A stretch of 64,000 nt of DNA. Source: Alphaproteobacteria bacterium. Its GTDB lineage: Bacteria; Pseudomonadota; Alphaproteobacteria; SP197. The notes under the pieces were generated by a model, which was given only the letters and a program-made list of their open reading frames with translations, was not told the DNA's origin and searched no databases. Shown here piece by piece: positions 62,577 to 64,000 of the stretch. The translations under genes and the position numbers were made by a program. The stretch's first letter is position 1. Every line of letters starts with the position of its first letter. The DNA lies in contig OZ219747.1 in the NCBI GenBank assembly GCA_964291265.2, forward strand, positions 4,032,001 to 4,096,000, given 5' to 3'.

Positions 62577-64000
62577 ATGGCACGCCGTACCCGGTCTCGC
62601 CGCAGGGGCAGTGAGAGGTCACGCTCGACCACCCCTCACCAGCTTGCCTGGCGCGAGGTGCGCAATCCCTTCCCGCCGCTCGACATTCTCTCGGCAGACC
62701 AGATCGAACATGTCCACAGAGCCTCCCTCGACGTTCTCGAGCAACTCGGCATGGAGATTCTGGGCGGGGATGCGCGACAACTCTACCGCGAAGCCGGCGC
62801 CGATGTCGACGAGGGCACCATGCGCGTGCGGTTCGACCGCAGTCTCATCGAGGAGGCGATGGCGAAGGCGCCTCCCGAGTTCACCCTCCACAGCCGAGCC
62901 GAGAATCGCTCGGTCACGCTTGGAGACAACCGTATCGTCACCACGGCGGTGTCGAGCCCGCCGAACGTCTCCGATCTCGACAATGGGCGGCGCCCCGGCA
63001 GCTTCGAGGACTTCCGCAGCCTGGTGCGGGTGGCCACAAGCCTCAACACGGTGCACTTCTTCGCCGGCTATCCCGTCGAGCCCATCGATCTGCCGGTGCC
63101 CACCAGACACCTCGACTGCTACATGACCTTCATCACCGAAACCGACCGCGTCTGGCGGACCTATGCCCTGGGCGCCGAGCGCAGCCGCGACGGCATCGAG
63201 ATGAACCGCATGGCGCGGGGCATCGACATGGAGGAGATGATCGCCCGACCAGGTCTTATCACGCTCATCAACACCAATTCGCCGCTGCGCCTCGACGAAC
63301 CCATGAGCCAGGGCCTCATCGAGATGGCCCGCGCCGGTCAGGCGGTCGCCATCACACCGTTTACACTGCAGGGCGCCATGGCTCCCTCCACCCTTGCCGG
63401 GTCCCTCGTGCAGCAGAATGCCGAGGCCCTGGCCGCACTGGCGCTTGTCCAGATCGTCAGACCCGGCGCACCATCCGTCTATGGCGGTTTCACCAGCAAC
63501 GTCGACATGAAGTCCGGAGCGCCGGCTTTCGGCACTCCGGAGTATGTGAGAGCGACCCTTGCCAGCGGACAATTGGCGCGTCGCTACAACATTCCCTTCA
63601 GAACCAGCAATGTCAGCGCCTCCAACGCGGTCGACGCCCAGGCGGCCTACGAGACCGGCATGTCCTTGTGGGCGGCCTTCCTCGCCCACGGCAACCTCAT
63701 CCACCACGGCGCCGGCTGGATGGAGGGTGGCCTGGTCGCCAGCTTCGAGAAGATGATCGTCGATGCCGAGATGATCCAGGGCATGTTCGAGATCATGGAG
63801 CCGATCGTCGTCAACGACACCGAAATCGGCATGGAAGCGATGGCGGACGTCGGTCCGGGCGGACACTTCTTCGGAACCGACCACACCCTGGAGCGTTACG
63901 AGACCGCCTTCTACGCGCCACTCCTCTCGGACTGGCGCAACTTCGAGACCTGGGTCGAGGCGGGAAGCCCTGACGCCAGCCGACGCGCAAACCGCATCTG
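62577..64000 (+). CDS. Second MttB-family methyltransferase; partial, runs off the window end
   Basis: GGGAG RBS, MARRTRSRRRG..., NTNSPLRLD, VDMKSGAPAFGTPE and HGAGWMEGG; paralog of the upstream gene. Confidence 0.9.
   Translation, partial: MARRTRSRRRGSERSRSTTPHQLAWREVRNPFPPLDILSADQIEHVHRASLDVLEQLGMEILGGDARQLYREAGADVDEGTMRVRFDRSLIEEAMAKAPPEFTLHSRAENRSVTLGDNRIVTTAVSSPPNVSDLDNGRRPGSFEDFRSLVRVATSLNTVHFFAGYPVEPIDLPVPTRHLDCYMTFITETDRVWRTYALGAERSRDGIEMNRMARGIDMEEMIARPGLITLINTNSPLRLDEPMSQGLIEMARAGQAVAITPFTLQGAMAPSTLAGSLVQQNAEALAALALVQIVRPGAPSVYGGFTSNVDMKSGAPAFGTPEYVRATLASGQLARRYNIPFRTSNVSASNAVDAQAAYETGMSLWAAFLAHGNLIHHGAGWMEGGLVASFEKMIVDAEMIQGMFEIMEPIVVNDTEIGMEAMADVGPGGHFFGTDHTLERYETAFYAPLLSDWRNFETWVEAGSPDASRRANRI

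Overview
This GC-rich, alphaproteobacterial-looking window holds ordinary host genes interleaved with an unusually dense set of mobile DNA. The host genes are a porin, a sulfotransferase, ampG, a class III cyclase, a HipBA-like TA pair, a Dpp/Opp-type ABC transporter, an M23 peptidase, a RecQ-UvrD fusion, hutI/hutF and two MttB-family methyltransferases. Four mobile features stand out. (1) An IS66 with an exact TIR and 8-bp TSD carries a DNA adenine methyltransferase. (2) Two unrelated ~5.3-kb TG...CA DDE transposons, one Mu/rve plus ExeA-type and one IS21-type, each carry a Cys-rich ORF in front and their own Toprim primase behind; the first also has a RepA-type helicase. Both show a G/T-to-A/C strand-skew flip, and the IS21-type element is nested into itself twice (17.2 kb in total). 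(3) An ISAs1/MITE composite has a 10-bp TSD that was later split by a group II intron. (4) That intron is a twintron of two 888-nt ORF-less group II introns whose EBS1 and EBS2 each match their own, different, target. All calls come from reading motifs by eye; no database searches were run.
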